DNA of 32,854 nucleotides from sequence record DRR378314_1972, one strand, 5' to 3'. Below, piece by piece: positions 9,244-19,006 of this stretch. The notes under the pieces are model-generated. The model made no database searches. It was given only the letters and a program-made list of their open reading frames with translations, and was not told where the DNA came from. Numbering within the stretch: position 1 is the stretch's first letter; every line of letters starts with the position of its first letter. Both the position numbers and the translations under genes were made by a program.

Positions 9244-10590
9244 TTGGATATTCTTGGGCTGATACCGCAATTTGGCGGGCTGATCTGGACTTTATTGGCG
9301 TTTGTCATCGCGCTTTCGGTGATTGTCGCAATCCATGAATACGGTCATTACATTGTCGGGCGTTGGTGCGGGATCAAGGCGGATGTGTTTTCGCTGGGGT
9401 TTGGTCCGGTGCTGTGGTCCGGCATGGATAAACGCGGCACCAAGTGGCAGATCGCCGCTTTGCCCTTTGGCGGCTACGTCAAATTTGCAGGTGATGCCAA
9501 TGCGGCCTCCGGCAAGGATGAAGCGGCCATGGCTGCTGTGGCTGACAACCCGGAAGCGGCACGCCATACGATGCACGGCGCACCGCTTTGGGCACGCACA
9601 TTAACCGTTGCCGCAGGGCCGGTGTTCAACTTTGTGATGTCGATCCTGATCTTCTTTGCCGTGGCGTTCAGCACCGGTGTTGCCCGTGATCCGCTGACCG
9701 TGGGTGAAATACGCGCATTGCCACAAGGGGCCGCTGAACTGCAGGCCGGGGACGAGATTGTCGCCGTGCAGGGCAATACAATCCCGCAAAGTGATCCGGC
9801 CTATCGTGAATTCATTGACGGCCTGCCCAAGACACCAACGCTGTCTTATGACGTGCGCCGTGACGGGCGCGAGATCGCGGTGGAGGGGCCTTATCTGCTG
9901 CCACCTGTGATCCTGCAGGTTGTGCCGCAATCCGCCGCCATCGCCGCCGGTCTGGAGGCCGGTGATGTGATTACAGGCATCGACGGCACGCCGATCTATG
10001 CTTTTGATGAATTGAAATCGGCGGTTGAAAGCTCTGACGGGGCGGCGCTGGCCCTGACCGTCTGGCGCAACGGAGAAACCCTTGATTTCACCATGACGCC
10101 AAAAGTCGTGGACGAACCACAGGCGGACGGGTCGTTCAAACGGGCCTTGCGCATTGGTATCGCAGGCGGCATGGCGTTTGAAGCGGCCACAGATACCCCA
10201 AGCGTGGGTGCGGCCCTGTCCGGCGGGGTGCAGAATACCTGGCGCATCATCACCGGATCCCTGTCTGGTTTGCGCGAAATGATTGTGGGCAATATCAGCA
10301 CCTGCAACTTGAGCGGGCCGGTCGGCATCGCCCAGACCTCGGGTGCGATGGCCAGCCAGGGGGCTCAGTCGTTCATCTATTTCATTGCGGTGCTCAGCAC
10401 GGCTGTGGGCTTGCTGAACCTCTTCCCGATCCCGGCGCTGGATGGGGGGCACCTGATGTTTTACGCCTATGAGGCGGTGACCGGCAAACCGCCAAGCGAC
10501 AAGGCGCTGAAGGTGCTGATGACAATTGGATTGAGCATGGTCCTGGCGCTGATGGTCTTTGCGCTGGGGAACGATCTGTTCTGCCCTTGA
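9244..10590 (+). CDS. rseP: RIP metalloprotease RseP
   Basis: HEYGH zinc motif, PDZ-like central region, NLFPIPALDGG motif, TTG start. Confidence 0.96.
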   Translation: MDILGLIPQFGGLIWTLLAFVIALSVIVAIHEYGHYIVGRWCGIKADVFSLGFGPVLWSGMDKRGTKWQIAALPFGGYVKFAGDANAASGKDEAAMAAVADNPEAARHTMHGAPLWARTLTVAAGPVFNFVMSILIFFAVAFSTGVARDPLTVGEIRALPQGAAELQAGDEIVAVQGNTIPQSDPAYREFIDGLPKTPTLSYDVRRDGREIAVEGPYLLPPVILQVVPQSAAIAAGLEAGDVITGIDGTPIYAFDELKSAVESSDGAALALTVWRNGETLDFTMTPKVVDEPQADGSFKRALRIGIAGGMAFEAATDTPSVGAALSGGVQNTWRIITGSLSGLREMIVGNISTCNLSGPVGIAQTSGAMASQGAQSFIYFIAVLSTAVGLLNLFPIPALDGGHLMFYAYEAVTGKPPSDKALKVLMTIGLSMVLALMVFALGNDLFCP

Positions 10591-10669
10591 ACCACTAGGG
10601 CAACTGCACCGCTGCTGCGGGCATAAAAATCACCGTTGCGGGCCAATTTGGCAGAATTTTCTGCGGCCC

Positions 10670-10726
10670 GCCACAATTTCGCCTTATTTCGTCAAAATCG
10701 TGCCGCAATGGTTTGCTAGATACAAT
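10670..10726 (+). promoter_or_regulatory. Phased GCC direct repeats and a -10 element upstream of the small ORF
   Basis: GCC/GTC triplets at 10670, 10681, 10691 and 10702 (10-11 nt period). TACAAT at 10721-10726 has no good -35 partner. Confidence 0.4.
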
Positions 10727-10747
10727 TCAACGTAAAGGATTGAACAG

Positions 10748-10873
10748 ATGCAAGCTATTCAAAGCTCTTATCGCGGCCTCAGCCTGTTGATGGCTCTCAA
10801 CTGGGATCGTGTTCTCTATGTCGGGACAATTGCCCTGGCGCTGGTAGCTGGCGCATATCTGGGCAGTCTATAA
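10748..10873 (+). CDS. Small membrane protein (41 aa), function unknown
   Basis: MQAIQSSYRGLSLLMALNWDRVLYVGTIALALVAGAYLGSL*, with an AAAGGA RBS, a C-terminal TM segment, and a downstream terminator. Below the ORF-track cutoff. Confidence 0.75.
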   Translation: MQAIQSSYRGLSLLMALNWDRVLYVGTIALALVAGAYLGSL

Positions 10874-10913
10874 GCCTCCTAACGCCCACATCATGATGTT
10901 TACACGCTGAAAT

Positions 10914-10938
10914 GCACTGCTTGATGTAGTGCTTTTTT
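10914..10938 (+). terminator. Intrinsic terminator after the small ORF
   Basis: GCACTGC-ttgat-GTAGTGC (one G-U pair) followed by TTTTTT. Confidence 0.7.
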
Positions 10939-10951
10939 GCTTTTGCGGGTT

Positions 10952-10980
10952 TTGACAATCCCGCCCGGCTGCCGTACTCA
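10952..10980 (+). promoter_or_regulatory. Sigma70-like promoter for bamA
   Basis: TTGACA (10952-10957), N17, TACTCA (10975-10980). Confidence 0.6.
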
Positions 10981-10988
10981 GAAACCTA

Positions 10989-13373
10989 ATGAAGTCTAAA
11001 GATTGGGTTGAAACCATGAGACTGAGCACGTGGGGCGCAGTGCCTTTCCATCAGGTAAAAACATCGACAATTGCTAAACTGGCACGCAGTGCTTCGGTTT
11101 GCGCATTGTTATCAGTGGCTTGGGTGGCCACTTCGGTGCCGGTACAGGCCCAGCAATATCAATTCAACTCTGTTCAGATCAATGGCAATAACCGCATCGG
11201 TGACGCGGCCATCCTGCGCAGTGCAGGAATCACTCGCGGCCAGCCCATGTCAGGCGGTCAGCTGAATGACGCCTACCAGAAGCTGCAAAACTCCGGTTTG
11301 TTTGAAAGCGTCGAGATCGAGCCACGTGGCGGCACGTTGGTGATTTCCGTGGTCGAGCTGCCGACGTTGAACCGTGTCCGCTTTGAAGGCAACAAGCGAA
11401 TCAAGGATGAAGCGCTGGCACAGTTGATCGGATCGACCGAGCGACGTGTGTTCAACCCGTCGCAGGCCAAATCAGATGCCGCCGCCATCGCAGAGGCCTA
11501 TAGTTCCGAGGGGCGGATCGCTGCCCGCGTACAGCCGCGCATCATCCGCCGTGATCAAAACCGTGTTGATCTGGTGTTTGAAATTTTTGAAGGCGACAAT
11601 GTTGAGATTGAACGTCTGAGCTTTGTCGGCAACCGCAAGTACTCTGACCGTCGGTTGCGCCGTGTTCTTGGCACCAAACAAGCTGGATTTTTCCGCCGTC
11701 TGGTGAAACGCGATACCTTCCGCGAAGGGCAGGTCGACGTTGATAAGCAGCTGTTGCGCGATTTCTATCTGTCCCGTGGTTATGTCGACATGCGCACCAC
11801 GGCGGTGAATGGTGAGTTGACTGAAGAGCGCGACGGCTTTTTCGTGTCTTACAACATCACCGAGGGCCAGCAGTTCAAATTTGGCGAAGTGTCGGTGGTG
11901 TCCCAGATGCCAAATGTCGATGCGGATACTTACCGCAATATCGTGAAAGTGCGCCCCGGGGTGATCTATTCGCCAACCCTTGTCGAAGCAGACATTGCCC
12001 GTCTGGAACGGCAGGCCATTCGTGACGGCGTCGATTTCATGCGGGTTGAACCGCAGATCAACCGCAACGACCGCGACCTGACGCTGGATGTGACCTATGT
12101 GATCAGCCGCGGAAAGCGCGTTTTCGTAGAACGGATCGATATTGAGGGTAACACAACCACGCTGGACCGGGTGATCCGACGTCAGTTTGACAGTGTTGAA
12201 GGGGACCCTTTCAACCCACGTGAGATCCGTCAGGCGGCGGAACGTATCCGCGCGCTGAACTATTTCGAGACTGCCGAGGTCAACGCCCGTGAGGGATCCA
12301 GCGGCGAACAGGTTGTTGTCGATGTGGATGTGGTTGAAAAACCAACCGGTTCTTTGAACTTTGGTGGGTCTTTCTCGAACAACGACGGGGTCGGAGTCGC
12401 GGTCAGCTTTGCGGAAGAGAACTTCCTTGGGCGTGGGCAGAAACTGTCCCTGTCGATTTCGACAGCGGAAGATGCAACGCGTTATGGCATCAACTTTGTC
12501 GAGCCGGCGCTTTTGGGCCGGGATTTGGCCTTTGGTCTGAACATCGACTATGCCGAGACCAATTCAAGCTTTGCCAGCTATGATACCGAGCGTTTGATTG
12601 TGCAGCCCTCCCTGTCATTCCCGGTCAGTGAAAACGGGCGGTTGTCGCTGCGCTATACTGCTGAGCAGATTGACCTATTGGCGCGCGATCCGGCAGAAAA
12701 CGGGTTGACCGTCGGTGGCGATATTGCGGCTGATGCACAGATTTCTTCGGCAATCGGCTATGAATATACCTATGACACCCGGCGCAGCGGGCTGGATCCG
12801 ACAGCTGGCGTATTGTTCCAGTTCAGTCAGGATTTTGCCGGTCTGGGTGGCGACAGCAAATACATCAAAACGGTTGCAAAAGTGACCGGCGAAAAACGTG
12901 TCTTCAACGAGGATGTGACCCTGCGGGCGACCCTCGAAGGGGGCGCGCTGGCGTGGCAGGAAGGTACCAACCGTGTGGTTGATCGTTTCTTGCTGGGGCC
13001 ATCGATCATTCGCGGCTTTGAACCGGGCGGCATTGGTCCGCGCGACACCAGCGGCACGTCAAATGATCCACTGGGCGGTAACCTTTATGTTGCGGCGCGT
13101 TTCGAGGCGGAATTCCCGCTGGGCCTGCCAGAAGAATACGGCATTTCCGGCGGTGTTTTCTACGACGTGGCAAACCTGTGGAATCTGGATGATGTGAACC
13201 TGAACGGCGGCAATGTGCAGGGCGAGGCCGGATCATTCCGCCATGTGGTGGGCGTGTCCCTGTTCTGGACAACCCCTGTTGGTCCGTTGCAATTCAACTT
13301 CTCCAAAGCGCTCAAGAGCGAGGATTTTGACGAAGAGCAATCTTTCGAGATCACGCTGCGCACCCAGTTCTAG
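10989..13373 (+). CDS. bamA: Outer membrane protein assembly factor BamA
   Basis: Signal peptide, POTRA repeats (xxGNxR), IRGF loop-6 motif, WTTPVGPLQF, and C-terminal Phe. The start may be ATG 11016. Confidence 0.97.
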   Translation: MKSKDWVETMRLSTWGAVPFHQVKTSTIAKLARSASVCALLSVAWVATSVPVQAQQYQFNSVQINGNNRIGDAAILRSAGITRGQPMSGGQLNDAYQKLQNSGLFESVEIEPRGGTLVISVVELPTLNRVRFEGNKRIKDEALAQLIGSTERRVFNPSQAKSDAAAIAEAYSSEGRIAARVQPRIIRRDQNRVDLVFEIFEGDNVEIERLSFVGNRKYSDRRLRRVLGTKQAGFFRRLVKRDTFREGQVDVDKQLLRDFYLSRGYVDMRTTAVNGELTEERDGFFVSYNITEGQQFKFGEVSVVSQMPNVDADTYRNIVKVRPGVIYSPTLVEADIARLERQAIRDGVDFMRVEPQINRNDRDLTLDVTYVISRGKRVFVERIDIEGNTTTLDRVIRRQFDSVEGDPFNPREIRQAAERIRALNYFETAEVNAREGSSGEQVVVDVDVVEKPTGSLNFGGSFSNNDGVGVAVSFAEENFLGRGQKLSLSISTAEDATRYGINFVEPALLGRDLAFGLNIDYAETNSSFASYDTERLIVQPSLSFPVSENGRLSLRYTAEQIDLLARDPAENGLTVGGDIAADAQISSAIGYEYTYDTRRSGLDPTAGVLFQFSQDFAGLGGDSKYIKTVAKVTGEKRVFNEDVTLRATLEGGALAWQEGTNRVVDRFLLGPSIIRGFEPGGIGPRDTSGTSNDPLGGNLYVAARFEAEFPLGLPEEYGISGGVFYDVANLWNLDDVNLNGGNVQGEAGSFRHVVGVSLFWTTPVGPLQFNFSKALKSEDFDEEQSFEITLRTQF

Positions 13374-13376
13374 GGG

Positions 13377-13958
13377 ATGCAGGGCGGCGCGCGATCCGCT
13401 GTTTTTGCGCTGGCTCTGATCGGGCTGGCGCAAACTGTTTTCGGGTCCGCCGCTTTGGCGCAGCAGGCCCGTTCCGACACCACTTTAAACCGCGGCAGCA
13501 TTGTCAGCCCGATTCTGACAATCGACTCTGACCGTCTGTTTCTGGACAGTGATTTTGGCAAAAGGGTCGTCGCCGAAGTAGAAGCGAAGGGCACGGAACT
13601 GGCCAGCGAGAACCGCAAGATCGAGGCAGACCTTGAGGCCGAGGAAAAACGCCTGACCTCCGTTCGTGCGACCATGACCCCCGAAGAATTTCGCACCCTT
13701 GCCAATGAATTTGACGAAAAGGTCCAACAGACCCGTCAGGTACAGGCGACCAAGGGACGTGCGCTGAACGCGCTGCTGGATCAGGAACGCGCCGTGTTTG
13801 AACGTGCGGCGGGGCCGGTGCTGGAACGTCTGATGCGCAGTGCCGAAGCGGCAGTGATCCTTGATCTGCGTTCGGTTTTTGTCAGCGCCTCTGCCATCGA
13901 GATCACCGATGATGCCATTTCATTGCTGAATGAAACATTGGGCAGCGGTGCCGAGTGA
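13377..13958 (+). CDS. skp: OmpH/Skp family periplasmic chaperone
   Basis: Signal peptide, LTIDSDRLF...FGKR, a long coiled coil, C-terminal IEITDD, and position after bamA. Confidence 0.85.
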   Translation: MQGGARSAVFALALIGLAQTVFGSAALAQQARSDTTLNRGSIVSPILTIDSDRLFLDSDFGKRVVAEVEAKGTELASENRKIEADLEAEEKRLTSVRATMTPEEFRTLANEFDEKVQQTRQVQATKGRALNALLDQERAVFERAAGPVLERLMRSAEAAVILDLRSVFVSASAIEITDDAISLLNETLGSGAE

Positions 13959-14027
13959 GCCACGCTTGCCCGTCTGTGGTGAAGTTGATAGCTCTAGAAA
14001 ACGCCTCAAGACACCAAAGGACATGAC

Positions 14028-14501
14028 ATGAGCGAGACCACAAGCGACGCACTTTTGCGCGCTGATATCCAGATGATCCAACGCATTCTGCCGCACCGCT
14101 ACCCGTTCCTGTTGGTGGATAAGGTAGAAGAGATCAACGGCACACAATCCTCGGTTGGTTACAAGAACGTCACCATGAACGAGCCGCATTTTCAGGGCCA
14201 TTTCCCCGGCACCCCCATCATGCCCGGTGTCACCATTGTCGAAGCCATGGCGCAGACCGCCGGTGTGATGGTTGGTGTCGCGCTGGAGCAGATGGATAAG
14301 GAAATGCTGATTTACTTTATGTCCATCGACAATTGTAAATTCCGCCGCAAGGTTGTGCCCGGCGATGTCCTGCGCATGGACCTCAAGACAGTGCGCGGCA
14401 AACCCGGTGGCAAGATCTGGAAATTCTCCGGCGTGGCCACGGTTGAGGGCGAGATGGCGGCAGAGGCGGAGTTCATGGCGATGCTGGATCTGCCGAAATG
14501 A
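14028..14501 (+). CDS. fabZ: 3-hydroxyacyl-ACP dehydratase
   Basis: [28 protein letters not shown]. Confidence 0.98.
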   Translation: MSETTSDALLRADIQMIQRILPHRYPFLLVDKVEEINGTQSSVGYKNVTMNEPHFQGHFPGTPIMPGVTIVEAMAQTAGVMVGVALEQMDKEMLIYFMSIDNCKFRRKVVPGDVLRMDLKTVRGKPGGKIWKFSGVATVEGEMAAEAEFMAMLDLPK

Positions 14502-15280
14502 GCAATATCCACCCCTCGGCGGTGATCGAAGCGGGCGCGCAGATTGACCCTACCGCGAAGGTCGGACCGTTTTGTCTGGTCGGGCCCGATGTGGTGCTGC
14601 ATGCGGATGTCGAGTTGAAAAGCCATGTGGTTGTCACCGGCAATACCGATGTGGGTGAGGGCACGGTGATCTTCGCCTTTGCGGTGATTGGAGAGATCCC
14701 GCAGGATCTGAAGTTCAAGGGTGAGGCCAGCCGCCTCGTGATTGGCAAGCGCAACCGCATCCGTGAACATGTTACGATGAACTGTGGCACGGAAGGCGGT
14801 GGCGGGGTCACGCAGATCGGCGATGATTGCCTGTTTATGGCCGGTTGTCATATTGCCCATGATGCGGTGATCGGGAACCGCGTGATTGTGGTGAATTCCG
14901 TCGCTGTGGCCGGGCATTGTCTCATCGAGGATGATGTCATTATTGGCGGGCTGTCCGGCATTCACCAGTTTGTGCGCATCGGCAAGGGGGCGATCATCGG
15001 GGCGGTGACGATGGTGACCAATGATGTGATCCCCTATGGTCTGGTGCAGGGGCCGCGTGGCGATCTGGACGGGCTGAACCTTGTCGGGTTGAAACGGCGC
15101 GGTGTTGCGCGCGGTGACATCACGGCCCTGCGGGCCGCATTTCAGATGCTGGCGCAGGGGGAAGGCACGTTTCAGGACCGCGCCATGCGTCTGGGTGAAG
15201 AAACGGAAAGTGCCTATGTGCGCGAGATCGTTGATTTTGTCACGGCCGACACGGGCCGCCATTTCCTGACGCCGAAATGA
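14498..15280 (+). CDS. lpxA: UDP-N-acetylglucosamine acyltransferase
   Basis: Hexapeptide repeats, [34 protein letters not shown] overlap with fabZ. Confidence 0.97.
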   Translation: MSNIHPSAVIEAGAQIDPTAKVGPFCLVGPDVVLHADVELKSHVVVTGNTDVGEGTVIFAFAVIGEIPQDLKFKGEASRLVIGKRNRIREHVTMNCGTEGGGGVTQIGDDCLFMAGCHIAHDAVIGNRVIVVNSVAVAGHCLIEDDVIIGGLSGIHQFVRIGKGAIIGAVTMVTNDVIPYGLVQGPRGDLDGLNLVGLKRRGVARGDITALRAAFQMLAQGEGTFQDRAMRLGEETESAYVREIVDFVTADTGRHFLTPK

Positions 15281-16077
15281 CGCTGGCGTTGATCACAGGG
15301 CGCGGGCGCCTGCCTGCTGAAGTGGCCGCCGCGCAGGAGGTGGCACCGCTGGTCTGCGCCTATGAGGGCATGTTGCCGGATGTGCTTGGGGTTGATCTGA
15401 CCTTCCGGCTGGAAACGCTTGGCACGCTACTGGTTGCCCTTGGCGAACGTGGTGTGACGCGGGTGTGTTTCTGTGGGGCGATTGACCGGCCTGATCTGGA
15501 CCCCGCCAGATTGGACAGCGAGACCCTGCCACTGGTGCCGCTGTTTCAAAAGGCGCTGGCAGCGGGCGACAATGGTGCCTTGCAGGTTCTCAAAGAGATA
15601 TTCGAACAGACCGGGTTTGAGGTGGTTGGGGCCGATACACTGTTGCCTGATCTGGTGGCGGAACAGGGCATGTTGTCCGAAGCCTGGCCGGATGCTCAGA
15701 TGCGCCGCGATGCGGCACGCGGTGAAGCGGTGCTGGCGGGGCTGGCCCCTCTCGACATCGGGCAGGCCTGTGTGATCGGGGCGGAACAGGTGTTGGGCGT
15801 TGAGACCATGGGCGGCACTGATCACCTGTTGGCGACCCTGCCGGAAAAGGCAGCTGGTATGCGGGCAATCCTCTGCAAGGGGCCGAAAACCGGCCAGATC
15901 AGAGAGATTGATCTGCCCACCATTGGCCCTGCAACGATTGAGGCCGCGCATCAGGCGGGGCTGGCAGGTGTTGTGGTGGATGAGGGGGATGTGATCATTC
16001 TTGATGCGGCGCGTTGCACAGAATTGGCGGATCAATATGGTCTGGTGCTTTGGGCGCGCCGCGGGGGGGCGGCGTGA
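15277..16077 (+). CDS. lpxI: UDP-2,3-diacylglucosamine diphosphatase LpxI
   Basis: LITGRGRLP, DIGQA, VETMGGTD, DLPTIGP motifs. Located between lpxA and lpxB as is usual in Alphaproteobacteria. Confidence 0.92.
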   Translation: MTLALITGRGRLPAEVAAAQEVAPLVCAYEGMLPDVLGVDLTFRLETLGTLLVALGERGVTRVCFCGAIDRPDLDPARLDSETLPLVPLFQKALAAGDNGALQVLKEIFEQTGFEVVGADTLLPDLVAEQGMLSEAWPDAQMRRDAARGEAVLAGLAPLDIGQACVIGAEQVLGVETMGGTDHLLATLPEKAAGMRAILCKGPKTGQIREIDLPTIGPATIEAAHQAGLAGVVVDEGDVIILDAARCTELADQYGLVLWARRGGAA

Positions 16078-17234
16078 GGATCTTCATCCTTGCCGGCGAA
16101 CCCTCGGGGGACAAGCTGGGCGGGGCGTTGATGGCAGGGTTGAAAGCGCTGCACCCTGATGTGACCTTTGAAGGGATTGGCGGCCCGATGATGATGGCCG
16201 AGGGGCTGGAAAGCCGCTTTGACATGTCAGAGCTGAGCGTCATGGGGCTTGCCGAGATATTGCCGAAATACCGCGCGTTGAAAGCGCGGATCAATGAAAC
16301 CGCAGCGGCTGTGGTCGAGATGCAGCCGGATGTGCTGATCACCATCGACAGCCCTGATTTTTCCCTGCGGGTGGCGCGACAGGTCAAGGCCAAGAGCGAC
16401 ATCAGATGTGTGCATTATGTGGCCCCGACGGTTTGGGCCTGGCGCCCGCGTCGCGCGGAAAAGATGGCGCGGTTTGTGGATCAGGTCCTGGCGCTGTTGC
16501 CGTTTGAACCGCCTTATATGGAAGCGGCGGGCATGCGCTGTGACTTTGTGGGTCATCCGGTGGTGGCCGAACCGGTGGCGAGCGATGCAGAGGCAGCGGC
16601 GTTCCGGGCACGTCACCACCTCGGCGATGCGCCGCTTCTTCTCGTGCTGCCCGGATCGCGCCAAAGCGAAGTGGCCCGTCTGGGGCCGGTGTTCCAGCAG
16701 GTGGTTGCCCGGCTTGCCCGCGACAAGCCCGAGATGCGGGTTGTTATCCCCGCTGCGGCCCCCGTGGTGGGGGCGGTGCGACGTTTGGTGCAGAACTGGG
16801 ATATGCCACCGGTGGTCTTGAACCCGCTGGATGAGGGGGTGGCCGATCCTTTGGTCGAAAAACGCGCGGCATTCCGCGCGGCGGATGTCGCCCTTGCGGC
16901 CTCCGGGACGGTATCCTTGGAGCTGGCGGCCAGCGAGACACCGATGGTGATTGCCTATGATATGAATTGGGTCAGCCGGCAGGTAATCGGGCGGATGGTC
17001 AAGGTGGATACGGTGACACTGGTCAATCTGGTGTCCGATACACGGGCGGTGCCGGAATATATCGGGGCCAATTGCCGACCCGGACCGATAGCGCAGGCGG
17101 TGTTAAAGGTCTTGGCGGCACCGGAGGCGCAATATGCGGCAATGGCACTGAGCATGCAGCGGCTGGGGCAGGGGGGGGAAGCCCCGGGGATAAGGGCCGC
17201 GAAGGCGGTGCTTGATGGGCTGTCGGGAAAATGA
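16074..17234 (+). CDS. lpxB: Lipid-A-disaccharide synthase
   Basis: AGEPSGD, IDSPDF, HYVAPTVWAWR, LPGSR, ASGTVSLE. GTG start at 16074 overlaps the lpxI stop (GTGA). Confidence 0.96.
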   Translation: MRIFILAGEPSGDKLGGALMAGLKALHPDVTFEGIGGPMMMAEGLESRFDMSELSVMGLAEILPKYRALKARINETAAAVVEMQPDVLITIDSPDFSLRVARQVKAKSDIRCVHYVAPTVWAWRPRRAEKMARFVDQVLALLPFEPPYMEAAGMRCDFVGHPVVAEPVASDAEAAAFRARHHLGDAPLLLVLPGSRQSEVARLGPVFQQVVARLARDKPEMRVVIPAAAPVVGAVRRLVQNWDMPPVVLNPLDEGVADPLVEKRAAFRAADVALAASGTVSLELAASETPMVIAYDMNWVSRQVIGRMVKVDTVTLVNLVSDTRAVPEYIGANCRPGPIAQAVLKVLAAPEAQYAAMALSMQRLGQGGEAPGIRAAKAVLDGLSGK

Positions 17235-17264
17235 CGCGCCAGGGCGCGACACTATTTTAAGTGA

Positions 17265-17314
17265 TGAGGGCTCTGCCCTCAAACTCCCGCAGCATTTAAG
17301 GCCAAAAAGAGAAG
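17265..17314 (-). repeat. REP-like intergenic palindromic element, copy 2
   Basis: The minus strand reads CTTCTCTTTTTGGCCTTAAATGCTGCGGGAGTT-TGAGGGC-AGA-GCCCTCA. It has the same architecture and GGGC-AGA-GCCC hairpin core as 241-283 and lies between convergent lpxB and mnmA. Confidence 0.6.
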
Positions 17315-17350
17315 AAGATCGGTCTGCGGGGCAGTGGTTGGGGGTACAGG

Positions 17351-18493
17351 CTAGCCTTTATGGATCCAGCCACCGCCGAAAATCCGCGTGCTGTCGGGAT
17401 CGTAGAAAACGCAGGCTTGACCGGGGGAGACGCCCTGTTCCGGGGTCAGCAGTTCAACTTCGGCTGTGGTGTCTGACAGGGGGCGCAGGATGGCCTCTGT
17501 CGGGGGGCGGGTTGAGCGGACCTTGACCGCGATATGCCATTCTGACCGGGAGGTCAGGGGCGCATCCCCCAACCAGTTGATTTCACGCACCGGGACAGTA
17601 CGGGTGGCCAGCATGGATTTCGGGCCGACAACAACCTCTTTGCGGTCGGCATCCAGTTTTACCACATAGAGGGGATCGGAAAGCCCGCCGATGCCAAGGC
17701 CGCGGCGCTGGCCCACGGTATAGTTGATGATCCCGTCATGGCGCGCAAGCACCGCACCGTTGGTGTCGACAATGTTACCGGGATCAGCCGCTTCGGGGCG
17801 CAGTTTCAGGATCACAGAGGCATAATCACCATCCGGGACAAAGCAGATGTCCTGACTGTCGGGTTTCATCGCTACGCTGAGCCCGTATTTCGCGGCCAGT
17901 GCGCGGGTATCGTCCTTGGAGGGCAAATGGCCGAGGGGGAAGCGCAGGTAGTCCAATTGCTCTGGCGTGGTGGAGAACAGGAAATAGCTTTGATCCCGGC
18001 TGGCGTCGGCGGCACTGTGCAGCTCGGCACCGGATGCACCCATTTTGCGTTGGATATAATGGCCGGTGGCCATGCAATCGGCCTCAAGATCCTTGGCGGT
18101 TTCCAGCAGGTCCTTGAATTTTACACGCTCATTGCAACGGATGCAGGGCACGGGGGTGGCTCCGCCCAGATAGCTGTCGGCGAATTCGTCAATCACCGCA
18201 TCCTTGAAGACGTTTTCGTAATCCAGCACGTAATGGGGAAACCCCATATCTTCCGCCACACGCCGGGCATCGTGGATGTCGATCCCGGCGCAGCAGGCAC
18301 CTTTTTTCGCAAGGGCGGCCCCGTGGTCGTAGAGCTGCAGGGTGACGCCGACCACGTCATAGCCTTCCTCGGCCAGCATGGCCGCCACCACGGAGCTGTC
18401 GACGCCGCCGGACATCGCGACCACCACACGGGTGTCGGCAGGGGATTTTGCAAAGCCCAGTGAATTCAGCGGGGGGGTCTGATCAAGCGGCAT
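17351..18493 (-). CDS. mnmA: tRNA-specific 2-thiouridylase
   Basis: [46 protein letters not shown]. Confidence 0.98.
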   Translation of the reverse strand: MPLDQTPPLNSLGFAKSPADTRVVVAMSGGVDSSVVAAMLAEEGYDVVGVTLQLYDHGAALAKKGACCAGIDIHDARRVAEDMGFPHYVLDYENVFKDAVIDEFADSYLGGATPVPCIRCNERVKFKDLLETAKDLEADCMATGHYIQRKMGASGAELHSAADASRDQSYFLFSTTPEQLDYLRFPLGHLPSKDDTRALAAKYGLSVAMKPDSQDICFVPDGDYASVILKLRPEAADPGNIVDTNGAVLARHDGIINYTVGQRRGLGIGGLSDPLYVVKLDADRKEVVVGPKSMLATRTVPVREINWLGDAPLTSRSEWHIAVKVRSTRPPTEAILRPLSDTTAEVELLTPEQGVSPGQACVFYDPDSTRIFGGGWIHKG

Positions 18494-18557
18494 GGTTTTC
18501 TCCAGGCGGGTGTTAGGGGGGAATATAGGAAAATCCTAACTACTCACAAGGGGGGGC

Positions 18558-18572
18558 TTCATGCAGCGTTAA
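18558..18572 (+). promoter_or_regulatory. Putative CtrA box upstream of sciP
   Basis: TTCA-N7-TTAA, one mismatch to TTAA-N7-TTAA. sciP is a known CtrA target in Alphaproteobacteria. Confidence 0.6.
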
Positions 18573-18620
18573 GGGCGATGGGGGCAAGCTTCGCGTGGTG
18601 CGAATAAATGGATAGTCCTG

Positions 18621-18899
18621 ATGTATCTTAAAAAAGTGGATGGCCCGCGATCGGTGACCCTGGCAGATGGCAGTGTGATGAGCCGGGCCGACCTGCCCAG
18701 TGCCAAGACCCGGCGATGGGTTGCCTCACGCAAGGCTGCCGTGGTCCGCGGGGTGGTTTACGGGTTGTTGAGCCAGGCCGAAGCGCTTGAACGTTATCAG
18801 ATCAGTGAAGAAGAGTTTCTGGAATGGGTGCGTGCGGTAACCGAACATGGTGAAGCGGCATTGAAGGCAACGGCCGTTCAAAAGTATAGACAACTTTAA
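18621..18899 (+). CDS. sciP: CtrA inhibitor SciP (DUF1153)
   Basis: DLPSAKTRRWVASRKAAVV...GLL...Y.ISEEEF..W family pattern, directly upstream of ctrA. Confidence 0.93.
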   Translation: MYLKKVDGPRSVTLADGSVMSRADLPSAKTRRWVASRKAAVVRGVVYGLLSQAEALERYQISEEEFLEWVRAVTEHGEAALKATAVQKYRQL

Positions 18900-18925
18900 G
18901 TTGTTGCTCTAATTTCCACTCATCG

Positions 18926-18941
18926 GTAACGGGTGGTTAAC
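18926..18941 (+). promoter_or_regulatory. Putative CtrA autoregulatory box
   Basis: GTAA-N7-TTAAC in the sciP-ctrA spacer. Confidence 0.6.
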
Positions 18942-19006
18942 CTTTTTTGTCCAGTTTCTATTCCAATGGCCCATCCCACTGTAAAGATGCCAAACGGAGA
19001 ATGCCC

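Noticed and set aside
17171-17178. G8 tract in lpxB (and G7 at the end of lpxI) as phase-variation sites
   Set aside because: Short tracts near the 3' ends of core genes with intact frames, explained by Gly codons.
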